A DNA stretch of 64,000 nucleotides, from the NCBI RefSeq assembly GCF_037042905.1, contig NC_087249.1, positions 9,798,001-9,862,000 of the forward strand, in the 5' to 3' direction. Below, piece after piece: positions 26,798 to 41,165 of the stretch. The notes beneath the pieces are model-generated. The model was not told the origin of the DNA. It did not search any database and was given only the letters and a program-made list of their open reading frames with translations. The position numbers were made by a program, and so were the translations under genes. This DNA is from Lytechinus pictus. Taxonomy: Eukaryota. The stretch's first letter is position 1, and each line of letters begins with the position of its first letter.

Positions 26798-29700
26798 TAA
26801 AATCTTGGAAAAAACAAACAAACAAACAAACAATCATGTTTACTCATGGCAGTGCAAGCATCTGAAAAACCCCTATTCATTTTAAGCAATATGACATACC
26901 ATTCTTTGCATGACATTTTGAGATTTGTATTCAGATTACAGTGAGTAAAGCTCCTTTTTTAGTTTTTATTTGAGGATAGACCAATAATTTGGCATTTTAG
27001 AACAAATTTTGGTGGTTTGCATCTTGTGTGAAAGTGGTATGATAAGGGATAATAATAGATAGGGTTTATATGGATTGGATTTATGAAAAAAACTATGTTC
27101 AAAGTCCTGGTATAATCCAGAAGTTTCAACTTAGTGACGCATGTGTGTCAGAAAGTCTTGTTATACTAAACAAGTGCTCAATTTCTATAACATGTTCACC
27201 ATCGGCCAATCAAATCAGATGATATCAGTTGTTTAAACGTATTAAACTGAACATTTGTCATTATTACAAGTGTTATGAAACGTTATGAAACGTATCTGGG
27301 CCCGCCCAGATCTGATTTTTAGTTGAGCCAAGATTTAGTTATCCACGCAGTATACCAGCACTGTCTTGGCAATGCCATATTACTATTACACTGTCCCCTG
27401 CACGTTGCTATACACGAGGCCTTTTTTCAGTTGCTTCAGTTCACCATTATGCAAATCCAAAGAGGAAAACAATGTCTTCTATGATATGGTATCGCAACAT
27501 GTTATTGGTATTGTGCATGATTAGAAGAATTCACCTCGTTCCTCTCCAGATAAACACCTGCTAAGTACGTGAGATGGGATGGTTTGCGTCACCCCCCGAT
27601 TGAGATAAGAATTTGTATCGTCCACATGGTAGCTTGCCTACATGTATATGCAAACAGTATTTGCTACGGCATCTTGCATGCTACTGTCTGATGTGGACAC
27701 AAGATGAAAGATGGCTAATTCTGATATGGGAATCGGAGAAGATTAGGTGTTGCACGTGTTGGCATTCCTGGGTTCTGCTCTTAAGGTTACTTTAGATTTG
27801 GTTTCTTGTAGAAAAGACGCCAAAGATTATAAACATTTCTAGAATGCAATGCATGCGAAGCAGATAACAAAATGTATCTACCTGTACATTGGCTTTGCAT
27901 TATGAAAATGAGCTACTTCTGACCCTTAACTAATATCTATATAATCCAAGAATAATCTTAGATTTTGACTTGACTGCAATTTCTTTTGGAAATTAAACAT
28001 ATCAGGATCTATGATTTTCAAGCAGCAGAAAGAACTTCAAGACTTAAATCCTTGTTTTTGAATAAAATATATAAGTAAAAATAGAGGCCACAACAAAGAG
28101 CATCTGTTTACACTTTAATACCCAACCATCTCTTTAAAAAATGGAGGCCTATCAAGTCATTTATCTATTGAGACGCGTGCATGGACGATCTGGACAAGTG
28201 CAGTGGCAAAGGTGCTCATTAGATTGCTGTGGAAACCACACGGCTTGATCATTAGACGGCATCATTAGGCATCCAAACCACATTCTGATCTCACGTCAGC
28301 AGTTTACGGGCACCGCTCTCAGATGAGCGGGAGATTAAATCCGATGGGAATGGAGCCGTGGACCTGTTCTTCAACACTCCATTGGTGTTTGAAGAATGGT
28401 TGGAATACCAAATCTCTCTACCAATCTGCCAGGAATGATGATGGGTCCATGCTATGCATATATTCACAAGTTGCTCTGACGTAATGTTCTCACCTACAAG
28501 GCAGCGATGGGCTTTTTCTTTCTTTAACTATTTCACCCACCTAAACCCACACATATAATACAAACATGTTCCACATGAACCCCAGAGAGTAATTTGTCTG
28601 TTGGCCACAACTTAAATAATTGCCTTTCAAAAGGGTGACCTTTTATTGTTGTTAATTGCATACGTATGACATGAGAAATGATTTCATTATATCTCTGGAT
28701 ATGCTCTTTTGTTGTAGAGTCTTGAAAATACCTTAAAAGGAAAAAGAAAGTCTTTTTCTGACTCTTTTTTTTTTTTTACTGATTTTTATAACACATACCT
28801 TCTGTGTTGAAACCTACCTGAATATACAGTATTTACTCGGCAATATTATTTTTGGTTTTGTAATAGAGCTATACTTAAAAATTTGGATCTTCTAAAAGCC
28901 TTCAAATCATGGTTATAATATAATGGGCATTTGATAATTCATATTTTTTATTATATAATTAGTTAAGAGACTAGATTGGTCAACCCCAGAAATTACAAGC
29001 AGATGTTGAAACAAACCACAATTGTTCAATTGTCTGAAATAAAAAGATAATTCCCTTGTAGAATGGTAGACAAACAAAATAATAGAGATGTGGTCAAGAA
29101 TATTACCCAAGTCAAACATATCTTCCCCCAGCCCCTATATGGGGGGGGGGGAAGAGTTTAGGAGGGGGCAGGCCATTTACACAAGTGTTTAATGTTACCC
29201 CCACCCTGCTTTACATCTTTCTGTAATGTAGAACAATGAAAAGAGAGTGTATGTCGGTGATTGCGTAGCTTGTGTCAATGTTTGAAGAGGGGTCATGTGA
29301 CTCCGGGGCGCAAATCTAGATGAGCCCCCTCCTTTGTAACCATGCAGTGAGAGTGAGTCAGAGTGGTACAGTCTCTCTGCACAGGAAGCGTGTGATCGGC
29401 CTGCCAGTAGCTGGCAAAAGCTCTCAGGAGGCAACCCCACTAGGGGGAAAACAACGGCAGATCATACCCTACACCGTGTACCTACAGATGCATACAGGCC
29501 TCTGTCATACAATTTTAGGGCCTTCGATTGCATGCTCGATCATCAACGCCAATTTTCACTTCTACCCCTCTTTATCCATTCCTCTCTTGGTATCTCTCAA
29601 AAAGCTTGGATAAAAAGAATTGTTACGTTTTCCTTGCTGTATTGAATTATGATGATGGTATATTAAAAATTATAGTCGATACAAAATGTTAAGTACTGAT

Positions 29701-30892
29701 TGCTACCTGCAAAAATCTACACACTTTATCATTCTGTGCTTGTATTGAAGTATGCATTTCATTTCCTGTTGGCTCATAGCAATTCGTCGTTGATGAATTT
29801 CACCATCCCCCCGTTGGGCAACAAATTTTGTCATGCAGTGCATAGATGGTAATGATGGCAAAGACTAGTTTAAAGTTAAGTTACCTGGAGGCATTTTTCA
29901 TTTTTCATTAACAGGATCTTGTCCAACATTGAATGTAAATTCTGCTTGTACAAGTGCACAAATCGTATATATCTGTAAAAAAATCAATGAATGCAACTAA
30001 AAAAAATATCTGTCATAGTTGTCAAAAGAAAAAAGTCTTCGGTTAAAAGCTTTATTGATATAAGATCAACTCTAAATTTATGAGCACAATTTCACCCCAG
30101 TTCTGCAGCTTTCTTTCTTTTCTTTCTTTAATCACTTTTCATTGTGTGTAAAATACGGCTACAAATGGTTCTTCCAGGCCATGTACAATGTATGTTAGCC
30201 CATCAATTTCTTGTGAGAAACAAAAGATTTTTGGCAGCATGAGACCACGAAGTAACAGTATAATATTCACGTGAGCTTGAGCGGTTGAAGTAGGAAGGAA
30301 GGAAGGCTTCCCACACCTCTATTCTTTTGTTGACATTTGTCTGTGACCTAGTGTGAACACACCTGAAATTCTCAATCATCCTTATTCACATAAGATTCCC
30401 CGAATGATATTATTCTCTCTTATATCGCAATACAATTTTGTCCTTCTTGATACATATAGGCCTCCTTCTGATACATTTCGCTGAACTTTAAGAAAACTAG
30501 TCGAAATTCTTCATCAATAATTGCATTTACAGTGAAAAATGCTTATACAGGTATAGAATTTTTGAGCTTTGACAAGACATTATATTTGCTTGAACTTGAA
30601 TTGTCTTTATCAAAGAATCTATACATGGATAATGGGTACCTTCTCAATAATGATCAGATACATGTACATTGCCCTCACCCCTGCCCCACATGACAAACTC
30701 TGTGATGTTCCTTCCCAACTCAGCCCCACCCCACTTGACACAAGATAGTGTGTAAAGCTCCCCTTTGATGTTGTTACTGGCAGCTGGAAGGTGTAACATG
30801 GATCATCAGGATGCCATGAAATTAGCAGGAAATAGTGCGCTGGCCTGCCCCTTATCACACTGCCTTCACCCTTTCTTCACCCTCTACCCCGT

Positions 30893-31203
30893 CTCCACCC
30901 CTCCTCCACCTCACCTCCTCCCCTCCCCCACCTCACCTCCACCCCTCCCCCACCTCACCTCCACCCCTCCCCACCTCACCTCTACCCTCCCCCACTTCAC
31001 CTCCACCCTCCTCCACCTCACCTCCTCCCCTCCCCCACCTCACCTCCACCCCTCCCCCACCTCACCTCCACCCCTCCCCCACCTCACCTCCACCCCTCCC
31101 CCACCTCACCTCCACCCTCCCCCACCTCACCTCCACCCTCCCCCACTTCACCTCCACCCCTCCCCCACTTCACCTCTCCCCCACTTCACCTCCACCCCTC
31201 CCG
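30893..31203. repeat. C-rich minisatellite, ~22-nt unit CACCTCACCTCCACCCCTCCCC
   Basis: About 14 degenerate tandem units, no G on the + strand. Explains the Pro-rich ORFs at 30765 and 30835. Confidence 0.92.
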
Positions 31204-31417
31204 TCTTGCATAACACACATGTACCCAAGTTTCGCACCACCCATCCATTGAATCTATCCACCATATTTTTAATCTTATCATTTTTGTTTCTGTATTACAG
31301 AGCTCCACACTAAGCCTTTTTTTTGTAAGTACTTTTTTTTTTTGGGGGGGGGGGCAATAAAGGCAATAAAAGACAGCAAAATAAACAAATCTTTTCTGTT
31401 TTTCTTTATTTTGGGGG

Positions 31418-31842
31418 ACTAGTAATCTACTGGTGCGATATGAACAGGTTGGACCAGTAGAAAGCCAATTTTTCCATTTTTTACTGGTCCAAACTTTGAG
31501 GCAATGCGGTCTTGAAAGATATTTTTCCTGTTCCCGAAGTTGTAAACTTTGGACTGGAAAAGCATTATTGCTTGCCGCAAAATTCCGGAGAATTTTATTC
31601 TCTTTGAGAAAAAAATATCCAGAATTTTCTTGGTTGCCATCCGGGCAACCATGGCGGGACTTTTGGGTTGCCCGCTGGTAGTTTTGGTTGCCAATGGCAC
31701 CCGGGCAACCGCTTATTTCGAGCCCTGGTTTGATATATTTTTTACTGGTCCCAGTAAATCTGGCTATTTCTGAAAAGTTACTGGCCTGATAGCAGTTTTT
31801 ACTGGTCTGGGACCGTTGGACCAGTGTCAGTGTCACGTGCTG
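31418..31842. mobile_element. Nested DNA-transposon end fragments (hAT-like)
   Basis: Repeated ACTGGTCC/GGACCAGT and GGTTGCC/GGCAACC motifs; terminus ATTTCGAGCCCTG at ~31727. Confidence 0.45.
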
Positions 31843-33523
31843 TTTATTCCAATTAAACTTTCAAGAAGTGGATCACTTCATAAATGCTGATACCTTTTAA
31901 AATATGATATACATTGTACAGTATGTAACTTAAAATGAACTGTAGTTCTTGCCACCCGAGTGCTGAGTGCGCAATGCTTAAAAACAATATAACCTATTGA
32001 ACTAGGGTCTTGTTTCCTTGTAATTACCATGGAAATCTAGCATGTGATTGGCCCCTGAGCCATGTTACCATGGTGGTAGTTGCCATAAATTACGACAAAG
32101 TTACCATTTTACTTGTCACTCTTTGTGAAACAGACCCTAGATACTACCAAATACTCCTTGTTCAAGTACTCAAGTGTCTCAAAGTGTTAATCGGGATCAA
32201 AATCCTGTACCTTGAAGTTCATGGTTTGCACTTTGCGGACTCTTGGCCCATGGAAAGATCATTGGTCCAAACTCCAAAGTCCTATGCAGCTACTTGCCTT
32301 CTAACTAGGAGCTCAGCCAAGATATCAGGGCCAGCTAGTGGAGCAGTTTCATAACTGGAGTGGCTACCTTTGAGTGGCTTCATTTGAGTTAATATGTTAA
32401 AGTTATTTTCAAAATGTTGAATTTTCCTCTTCTCTAAAATGTACCCACTAACACTTCTTGCAAAACTCTGTTCTTTTATTTTTTTCTAAATTTATTAAGC
32501 TCATTATGACACTACCTTTTCTAGAGCCCTCAGCTAGACTGCACCCACAAATATATTTAACCTGCACACATGTAAAATATCAGTGCAATTATGTCATTCA
32601 TATCAAAGGGGAGGAGTAGGCGCAGATAAATTTGTAAAGGGAGTAACATTTCATAAAATAGCCCTTCTCAAATTTTATTTGGTATTACATTCTATACCAG
32701 ATATATCATAATGAGGTTTAGATACAATTCTGGTTTTGATACAATTCTGTTGCTTGGCAAACGAGATCACAATATTTCTAGTTATTTTCACAAGCAGATG
32801 AGACACAATGTCGTTAATACCTTGTTTAAATGCAAGTTGGTAATATTCAAGGTCTGTTTCAACAACATGTGGAAGAGTTGTGAATGGTACAAAAGATAAG
32901 GATGAGAATGAGAGAATTGAGGGAGTAAAATTAAGATTTGATATTTTTTTCAAATGTCTTGTTCAGAGGAAGAGAAAGAGTAGCATTATTTGATAATCTA
33001 CTTGTTATAGAGGAAATTTGCAAATTGGGTTGCATGGCAACCAGTGATCATGTTTGTCAAGGGCAGGCAGGTGATGGGGGTAGCTAAGACCCTCCCACCC
33101 TCAAGACTTGTGAATCACGAGCCCCTCTTCCCCGGTTTCTTGCCTGCCTGCCCCCTGCCCCCGTGCCTAGCCTGACAGAAACAGGGCTCATGATATGTGT
33201 GTGTCACTCCCAGATAACGTGCGCAGGCAGACAGTGCTAGATGCCTGGATATACCCTTCAGTGCCCTATCGTGCTACATGAATACGACCATAATTAAACA
33301 CTACCTTTGTCCTTTAATATGTCTTTGTGTACCCTATGTGCTTGCTTTATCTTTTTCTTTGTCTTATCAAATACAAAAAGAGAAAAATACAATAAAGAAG
33401 GCGTAGTACATTTTTGTCATTTCTTATTAAAACAATCTGTTGGTTTGATCATTCCGACCTGTGAATGATACAATGTGAGAATGTTTCTTGGGAGAAGAGT
33501 TCAAAGTAAGCTCTGGATTCATT

Positions 33524-33834
33524 GGCCCGTATTCTGTTAGCAGGTTTAACTTCAACTCAGGTTTAAAATTGTGGTTTAAGTATGGGAAGCCAAAAGTATC
33601 AAAATTTTTATTAAGTTGTATGTGTCTTATGTTTACTGTGCTCTTTCCTGATTCATCAATGGTGAAGACAATCATCTATGTATACTTCCAAGACAATTAT
33701 GAATGATTTGAGAGCCAAATGAGCTAAAGTATGATATCTCTACTGTCAGTGATTAATGTAACAATTGGCTTCCCATATTTACACCACAACTTTAAACCTG
33801 AGTTTAAGTTAAACCTGCTATCAGAATATGGGTC
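33524..33834. mobile_element. MITE family H (Harbinger/Tourist-like)
   Basis: TIR GGCCCGTATTCTG..CAGGTTTAAC; 3-bp TSD ATT. Confidence 0.8.
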
Positions 33835-34754
33835 ATTGAGTTTAATTTTCCAAACTCAACTGGTCAAAATTATGAACAGAGTTATGCAATAATTTTAGAA
33901 TAATTATTAAGGAAATTGTTGTGGGAGAGATGAAAAGAATGGTTTGGTTTTCAAGTCCTTTCTGTGATCATCTGCAAAGGATTCCTTCTCACTTTCAGAT
34001 ATACATTCGATATATGAAATATTCTCTTAGGACAATTCTGTGCAGTCCCACTCATGCATTTTTGTGTCTGGTGTATGTGATTATCAGCAGTCTCTATTTA
34101 GTTTCTTATGACTTCAAAGATTCCGCCTTCTCTTTTACAGCATACACTTATTCTTGGATGCAGAAATCAACATCCAATCAACTTTGAGACAGTTTCTTCA
34201 ACAATGCAATCTTATGACGAGAATTATAGTTTAGGACCTACAGTTTTTTTTTCATTCTAATTCTACATGTTGGATATTTTGTTCTTGTTTCTAGTCCATA
34301 GACTATTATAAATCATGAAAACAAAAAAACCTGATGGAAAGAGTTTTTACCTTTCCCAAATTCACTTCAGATTGCTTGGCAATGGTAATATATGCATGTG
34401 ATCCTTATTTGTATATACTTGGGGCTTACATGACTGTTATTGAATAGGCAGTTTATAATATATTGACAGTGAACAAAAGTGCGGGAGAAAAGAATAGGTA
34501 TCACATGCTCCTCGCAATCTGATATTAAAGCTTGTACTTTGATCCCTCACTTTGTTCCAGTTACAGTTGGTGTTTACTACAACTGCTTGAACATAATGGA
34601 ATCCCAACTGCAAGCATGCATTCATTCATTCATTCATTTATATCCCATGCGCTGAGCTGTGATGTTGCATTTTTGCACAGCAACGTTTAATACTGAGACT
34701 GGTACTGGACTGAAAATAGAATGGAGAACGATTCAGTTACTTCCAGAAAGTTAA

Positions 34755-35354
34755 AGGACAAGTCCACCCCAACAAAAAGTTGATTTGAAAAAAAGAGAAA
34801 AATCCAACAAGCAAAACACTGAATTTCATCAAAATCGGATGTAAAATAAGAAAGTTATGACATTTCAAAGTTTCGCTTAATTTCACAAAACAGTTATATG
34901 CACAACCTGGTCGGTATGCAAATTGGCAGACTGATGACGTCACCCACTCACTATTTCTTTTGTATTTTATTATATGAAATATGAAATATTCTTATTTTCT
35001 CCTCCTTGTCAAGTGAAACAAAGTTTTATTTCTCCCTGAACATGTAGAATTACCATTATTTTAACAGTTTATGGTTAGGTTAAGTTGGTCCTTATTGTCA
35101 AATCTGTAAAAATTGAAATATTGTATAATTCAAACAATAAAAAACAAAAGAAATAGTGAGTGATGGACATCATCGACTTTCTCATTTGCATATTGCTGAG
35201 TTGTGCATTTAACTGTTTTGTGAAATATTAGCGAAACTTAAAAATGTCATAACTTTCTTATTTTACATCCGATTTCGATAAAATTTGCAGCGTTATGTTT
35301 GTTTGATTTTTCTCCATCGATTTAAATCAACAATTTTCTGCGTGGACTTGACCT
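34755..35354. mobile_element. Kolobok-like MITE family A
   Basis: TTAA|AGGACAAGTCCAC...GTGGACTTGACCT|TTAA. Confidence 0.9.
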
Positions 35355-36947
35355 TTAAGAATTGTTAATGGTCAGTTGCTGTAGTGTAGGAATGTGGGAT
35401 GGCATATTTAAAGAAGCCATTCATTTAACTTTTTGTTTTGAAACTGGCCCGCAATAGTATACACCTCGTATTGGGAATGAAATTGAATAAAAATGAAAAA
35501 AGCTACATGTATGCTTTATTTGAATCAAAGATATATGTACATATAGTTAGTATCATAAAAAACAAGTGTGCTTGTATGGTATCAGAAATAAAGCACAAAG
35601 GCATTGCCAATTTGTAGGATATTGAGTTTAGTGATGCTATCAGTCGTAGCATCGGGTATCGTTTGATCTGCTGCAGTGATAATCAGTATTCGCTGCATTG
35701 TCTCAGACATTGTGCAATCAACACCATCAAGTTGTGAAACTTGATCACGACCAGACCGCATTTCACATATCCTGAATTTTAAGAATACATTACCATGGGT
35801 ATACACGTTCATATGATAAACCACCAGTAGGGCAATATCAAATGAATCAATACATCATGTGTGATTTGATATATGTACATTCAGCTTCGAATTAGCTTCT
35901 TGCAATAGTCGATGAACCAAATATATCCTAACTGAGGAATAATTTCCATGTGTAATAATTTGCCCATCTTCTGTTCTGCTACTTTTTCTTTATTTGGTAC
36001 ATTCCCATTAAAAAGGGATCCCATCAAATTATTTTGAATTGAACTTTGAAGAAACATTAAAATATTGGGAATAGACATCATTGGTCATACTGTGCTGTAG
36101 AATACGGTAGGCATTGTCATTTTGAACTTTTACTACAAGATCTATTTGAAATGGAATTAAGGTGCTTAAACTTTGAAGAAGCTAATTGATTATTGTACAA
36201 TTAAGAAGAGGTATAAATGAAGGGAATGATTTTATGCAGGTTAAACAATAAACGCATTGTACATATACAGATGTGCATATGCAAGTTCCTCGTCAGGATT
36301 ACTAGATACTTGTACCTATTTCTACCTAATCCCAGCTCAGGTACACTGAACCCTGTTTCTCAATATTAGCTTGGGAGTGTGCTCTTAACCAAATTCATTT
36401 TCAAGACATCCCCAAGAAGCTCTCCCGGGCTGCCAACACTCAAGAAGTACGTTCAACTGCCGAGCTATGACGTTCAACCTGATCTTACCACAAAACCACC
36501 GCCCCTGCCTTGCACATCAGGGGCTGCATGTGTCGATATCTTAAAGCTTGTATTATGTGTAGGCTGGTTCACCCCTTCTCCTTCCCCTCGGCCCCTTCAC
36601 CAGCAAACAGTATAAGCCCCACCCATCCAGGTTACTAATGAAGAAATTCTTGATATAGCGTCTTCATAGACACAGTACCAGGGAAAAACGTAAATTGGGG
36701 CTCGGCGATGTTTACCCCCCCCCCATGCTAAAAAAAGTCCTTGAAAATTCTGATTCACTGCCATGTTAGGTTGGAGATACAGCTAGTACTATTAGGTTGG
36801 GTAAAGTAGCCACCAAAAATTGCCTGCACATTACATTTTTAGACCCTTCAAGTTTTTATACAGAAAATAACTTTGCCTAGTACATATAGATTTATGGCTG
36901 AATTACTTCATGAGACTTGTTAGCCACAGGAATAATGTATTTTTATA

Positions 36948-37262
36948 GGCCCGTATTCTGAAGTCAGGTTTAACTTTAATAAACTCAGGTTTAAAGTTGT
37001 GGTTTAAGTATGGATAGCCAATTGTTACATAAATCACTAACAGTAGAGATATCATATTTCATCTCATTTGGCTCTTAAATCATTCATAATTGTCTAGGAA
37101 GTATGAATAGAGGATTGTCTTCACCATTGAAGAATCAGGAAAGAGCACATTAAACATAAGAAACGTACAACTTAATAAAATTTTTGACACTTTTGGCTTC
37201 CCGTAATTTTAGCACAGAGTTAGACCATGGTCTAAGTTAAACCTGACTTCAGAATACGGGCC
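36948..37262. mobile_element. MITE family H, inverted relative to 33524
   Basis: TIR GGCCCGTATTCTGAAGTCAGGTTTAACTT / AAGTTAAACCTGACTTCAGAATACGGGCC; 3-bp TSD ATA. Confidence 0.85.
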
Positions 37263-38715
37263 ATAGTGTCTTTGATTTGACAGTAAAATAAGATAGGAGC
37301 GGTAAGAAGAATATAATGTTGTTTTGGTTCACAAGGGAAGAATGTGGTTGAGGTACTCTTTCCTGAGGAAGTCATGGAGTAAAAACAAACTTGAGTACTC
37401 CCCAAATGCATCCTGTACTAGGGGAAATGCCCTTATCACCCTGACGTATATTTACATTGCGTTCTTGTATACGACAAGGCCTTACTTTCATTCATGACAT
37501 AGTTTGCATTATACATGTATGTGTGCATTAATGTATCAACATCTTGTAACTTCTGCCTTCACAATAAAAGTTTCATACATGATATATCAACATATAAAGT
37601 GGTACAGAACCAGAAGGATAATTTCAGAAATGTTCAACATGTAAAATTGACCATTTGGGTATATGGGTTCATGTACTTGTTGCAGATTTGCACCTTTAGT
37701 AGTTGGATCCCAAAGCTGTAATACATTTTTATATACACACCATGTTAAATTTTTTTTTATTGATTTTGGAGTGTGATTTCAATTGAACAACCAGTACATT
37801 TTTTCAAAATGGTGTTCTATATCTATGTTTTAATGAAAAATTGCCTTCATAGTTGATTCATTGCCATTTCCAAGTACAGCTCAAGTACAGCAATGATATT
37901 TTAAACACCACCTCTTGTATCAATTAGTTAGGGTGTGCAAGGGGGAAAATGGGGGGGGGGGTGATCATTGGATTACAGTATTTGTTAAAATCAATGAACA
38001 TGCGTTCATGTACTTTTTGCATAAATCTTTGAACAAGTATTGAAGGCTTGTGATACATGTACTAAGTTTGAGATTCAGGCCACTATACTGTAGGACTTCA
38101 AATGGTATCCTCACACCCATGAATGTTGTTGAGTTGAGTGTCCTGGATATGTAATTGATATCATAATTAATTTGGGTCAATATACCAGGAACATATTTGT
38201 GGAAGATTGTGTTGCTATATTTATGATTTTTTTGATAATATATTTGTAAGATTTGACCTTGTTTTTTTAAATGCTTTTTATACTGGCATAGTACATGTGT
38301 ACATGTACTTTATTTATGGATTTTACCATCAGCTTTTGTGTGGATATTTTGCTATTTTTAAATGAGAGAGGAGACAAAATATAGGGTATTATGACGATCT
38401 AGTTTCTATTGTAATTCCAAATCCCTCCTTAGAAATTAGCATTTATCCCAGTGGGCAAATTATCATTTGAATCCTGTAGCATCTACAGTAATAATTTCCA
38501 AGAATATTGAGCTTGTAATATTTGCAGTAGTTTCTGGTCTTTCTCTAATTTTACTAGTTCAACATCGCTATTAATATCCACTCCTTTTTAAAGCTGGCCT
38601 TGGTGCATGTGATTAAAATTCATACAAGGAGTATTAAGTTTCTGAAATGAGTATAACTACAATAAACATATTTTGTGTATATTATGTAGCAGGCCTGCAT
38701 ACAATGGTCATTGCT

Positions 38716-39278
38716 AGGGTTCGTTTATGCATCACCTTTCTATTTGATTCATGATATGAAACATGTTTAGAAACTCGTTTCTGCAGAATCCCGGTTGTGT
38801 TTTAATAGTCGGAAGTAAAAGTAAACGTGTTTCAACACAGAAAACACAGAAAAGGGAAAGCGTTTGGAAAGATCTTTTTGCAAAATCATGTTTGAAAAAG
38901 GTCAAATAAACGTTCAGTGTTTTGAATCATGATTCTATGATGCCATTGTGTCAGCTTACTTCCATATTCATGCCAAACTGTGCACTGCTAGTTGTATTCT
39001 TCGCTTTTGCTTCACGTAGTAGCCATATTGAAAGTCAACATTGTGCATCTTTTGTAAAATCAAAACCCACGTGGAAATTGACCTTGATACTTTCTAGGTC
39101 AAACTACGAACTACGATGCGCACTGGCTAGGCTATAAGTGAGTGAGAAACGGCATTTCAGAGAGAGGGTCAAATAAACCCTGAATCTGTAGTTCCCATTG
39201 TTTGTGCTCTTAATATGATTCTTATGAATCATGATTCAAATTTGTGATTCTAGCTTATGAAGTCGCATAAACACAGCC
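38716..39278. mobile_element. Probable degenerate MITE
   Basis: Imperfect ends GGGTTCGTTTATGC / GCATAAACACAGCC; repeated TGAATCATGATTC motif shared with the 49222 element. Confidence 0.45.
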
Positions 39279-40369
39279 AAAGTCAAAGGGAAATTCTTTC
39301 AATATCCCTCTTTTTCTGGGCACATCTTGATCAGATAAACAATAGGTTACCCTGTATAAGTACACACACACACACATGTATATATTATTTTTTGACATAT
39401 TATTACTATCACTATTAATTTATTTCTTCTTTATGAAAAAATAATAAAAATCTGCAGTAATATAACTTTTGGTTGAAAAACAAATTGGACAGAGAGAAGT
39501 TGCAATGTAGCATGGGAAAAATGTCTGAGAAAGTCAGGTAAGGCTGAGCCGATCGCCTTCTGACCGACCACGTACGACGTACATGTATATCACTGTTGTA
39601 CGCAGGCTGCCAAAGTGCTCCTGGGAGAGGAACTGGTGTTTGAATAATTCACTGACGTCAGCTATGTGGTTTAGGGTTCACTGCCTCTTTTTGATGCGTT
39701 ATGCCACTAGCGTAATGTGCAAAAACATCTCTCTTTTAAAGAAAATATCATCTCTGAAATGCTGAAGATGCCTTGAAGAATTCCTTCTGATATAGTGTAG
39801 TATTTTTATGGAAATTCATACATGTATGCCTATCTGCAGTGCTCTTCATTGAAAATAAAGTGGATTGTCGCTTCTGTTTCAGTTGATGAATTCACCTTTA
39901 AAGTTCTATACCCTGTTTTTCCACATTTTTTTCCATTTCAAAGTGAATTTAGTGTCGGGTTTACTTTTTCTTTACCGAATGCTTTAATTTTTTCTAAATG
40001 TACATTTACATGTACGTGATAGGCCTTTCAGTATGGGTGAAAGACTATGGAAATATCTTCAAGCCGTACACGTACACTGTGATTCTGAGATGCATGAAAT
40101 AATAGTAATAGATTCAACAACTCATTTTGCATGAATTTCACTAGTCCCATCCAAAACTGTATTGACCAGGGGCCTCTGCTAGGGCAGAATTTGCTTGCAA
40201 GTACATGTAGCACCGTTATTTGCTTGAGTGAGTTACATGTACATGTACCCATTTTGTAGCAAATGGAGTGTGAGGTTATGTTCAAGTTGTTTATGAGACA
40301 AGGCGCATCTATGGGGTTTTACACATCGTTTGAGCTTCGGATCAGCAAATACTTTAGCTGTGGGATGTT

Positions 40370-40742
40370 GTCAGAAATGGAATTTAAGGAATTAAATTTG
40401 TGCAGATTTGACGAAAAGAAAACTCATCATGGAAGTCACGATGACAATCCCCTTTGGTCTGGATGGAATCAAACTTTGTTTTATATTATAATGAGGAAAT
40501 GTAAAAAAAAAGAATATATATACTTCATTTTTAACAAAAGAAATAGTGAGTGTGTGATGTCATTGATTGCATGATACCATTTCCAACCAGAATGCACATG
40601 TAGGTATCATTGTCTTCTTGAAATAAGCAAAACTTTAAGATACATATTTGATATTAACCTTGGCTTATCAGCATTATACTTGTTTGATTTTTGAATTTTT
40701 TCATTCAAATCTACTTTTTGTTTTAAAAGGTGGACTTGCCCT
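40370..40742. mobile_element. Degenerate family A fragment
   Basis: Contains AAAGAAATAGTGAGT and the terminus GGTGGACTTGCCCT|TTAA; left boundary approximate. Confidence 0.55.
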
Positions 40743-41165
40743 TTAAGCTTGCATTTGTATGATATAACAACAAGAAACGACTGCACAGTTAGGAAAATTT
40801 TACAACTTGCACTTTATATTTAACAGCTGAATAAATATTATATTGAAGTTTTGTGACTGTTGCGAAGAAAGCAAGACTGTGATTAGCAGTCAATATTTAT
40901 TGAACTCTGGAGTTTCAAATATATGGGTTGAATAATACCAAGACTGAAATGTATTATGGATTTTCCCTTTGTTTCAGAGAACTGTAGATTTCTACTTTTA
41001 CTGTGCTGTCCTTAAAGGAGGGGGGCAGTATAAAGGTCTATAGCATCTCAAAGTATTTGAATTGGCCACTGATAATGTTTCACTGTCATCTGATATACAT
41101 TTACCAGTAGGAATTAAATTTTACTTTCATATTATTCGGTTGCATTTAATATTCTTTATACTATA

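Noticed and set aside
30765..31313. 182-aa and 138-aa Pro/His/Thr-rich, extensin-like ORFs
   Set aside because: They are translations of the C-rich minisatellite, which is open in several frames; no gene structure.
31186..31836. 216-aa minus-strand ORF, the longest in the track
   Set aside because: It crosses homopolymer tracts and nested transposon-end fragments, and has no recognisable domain.
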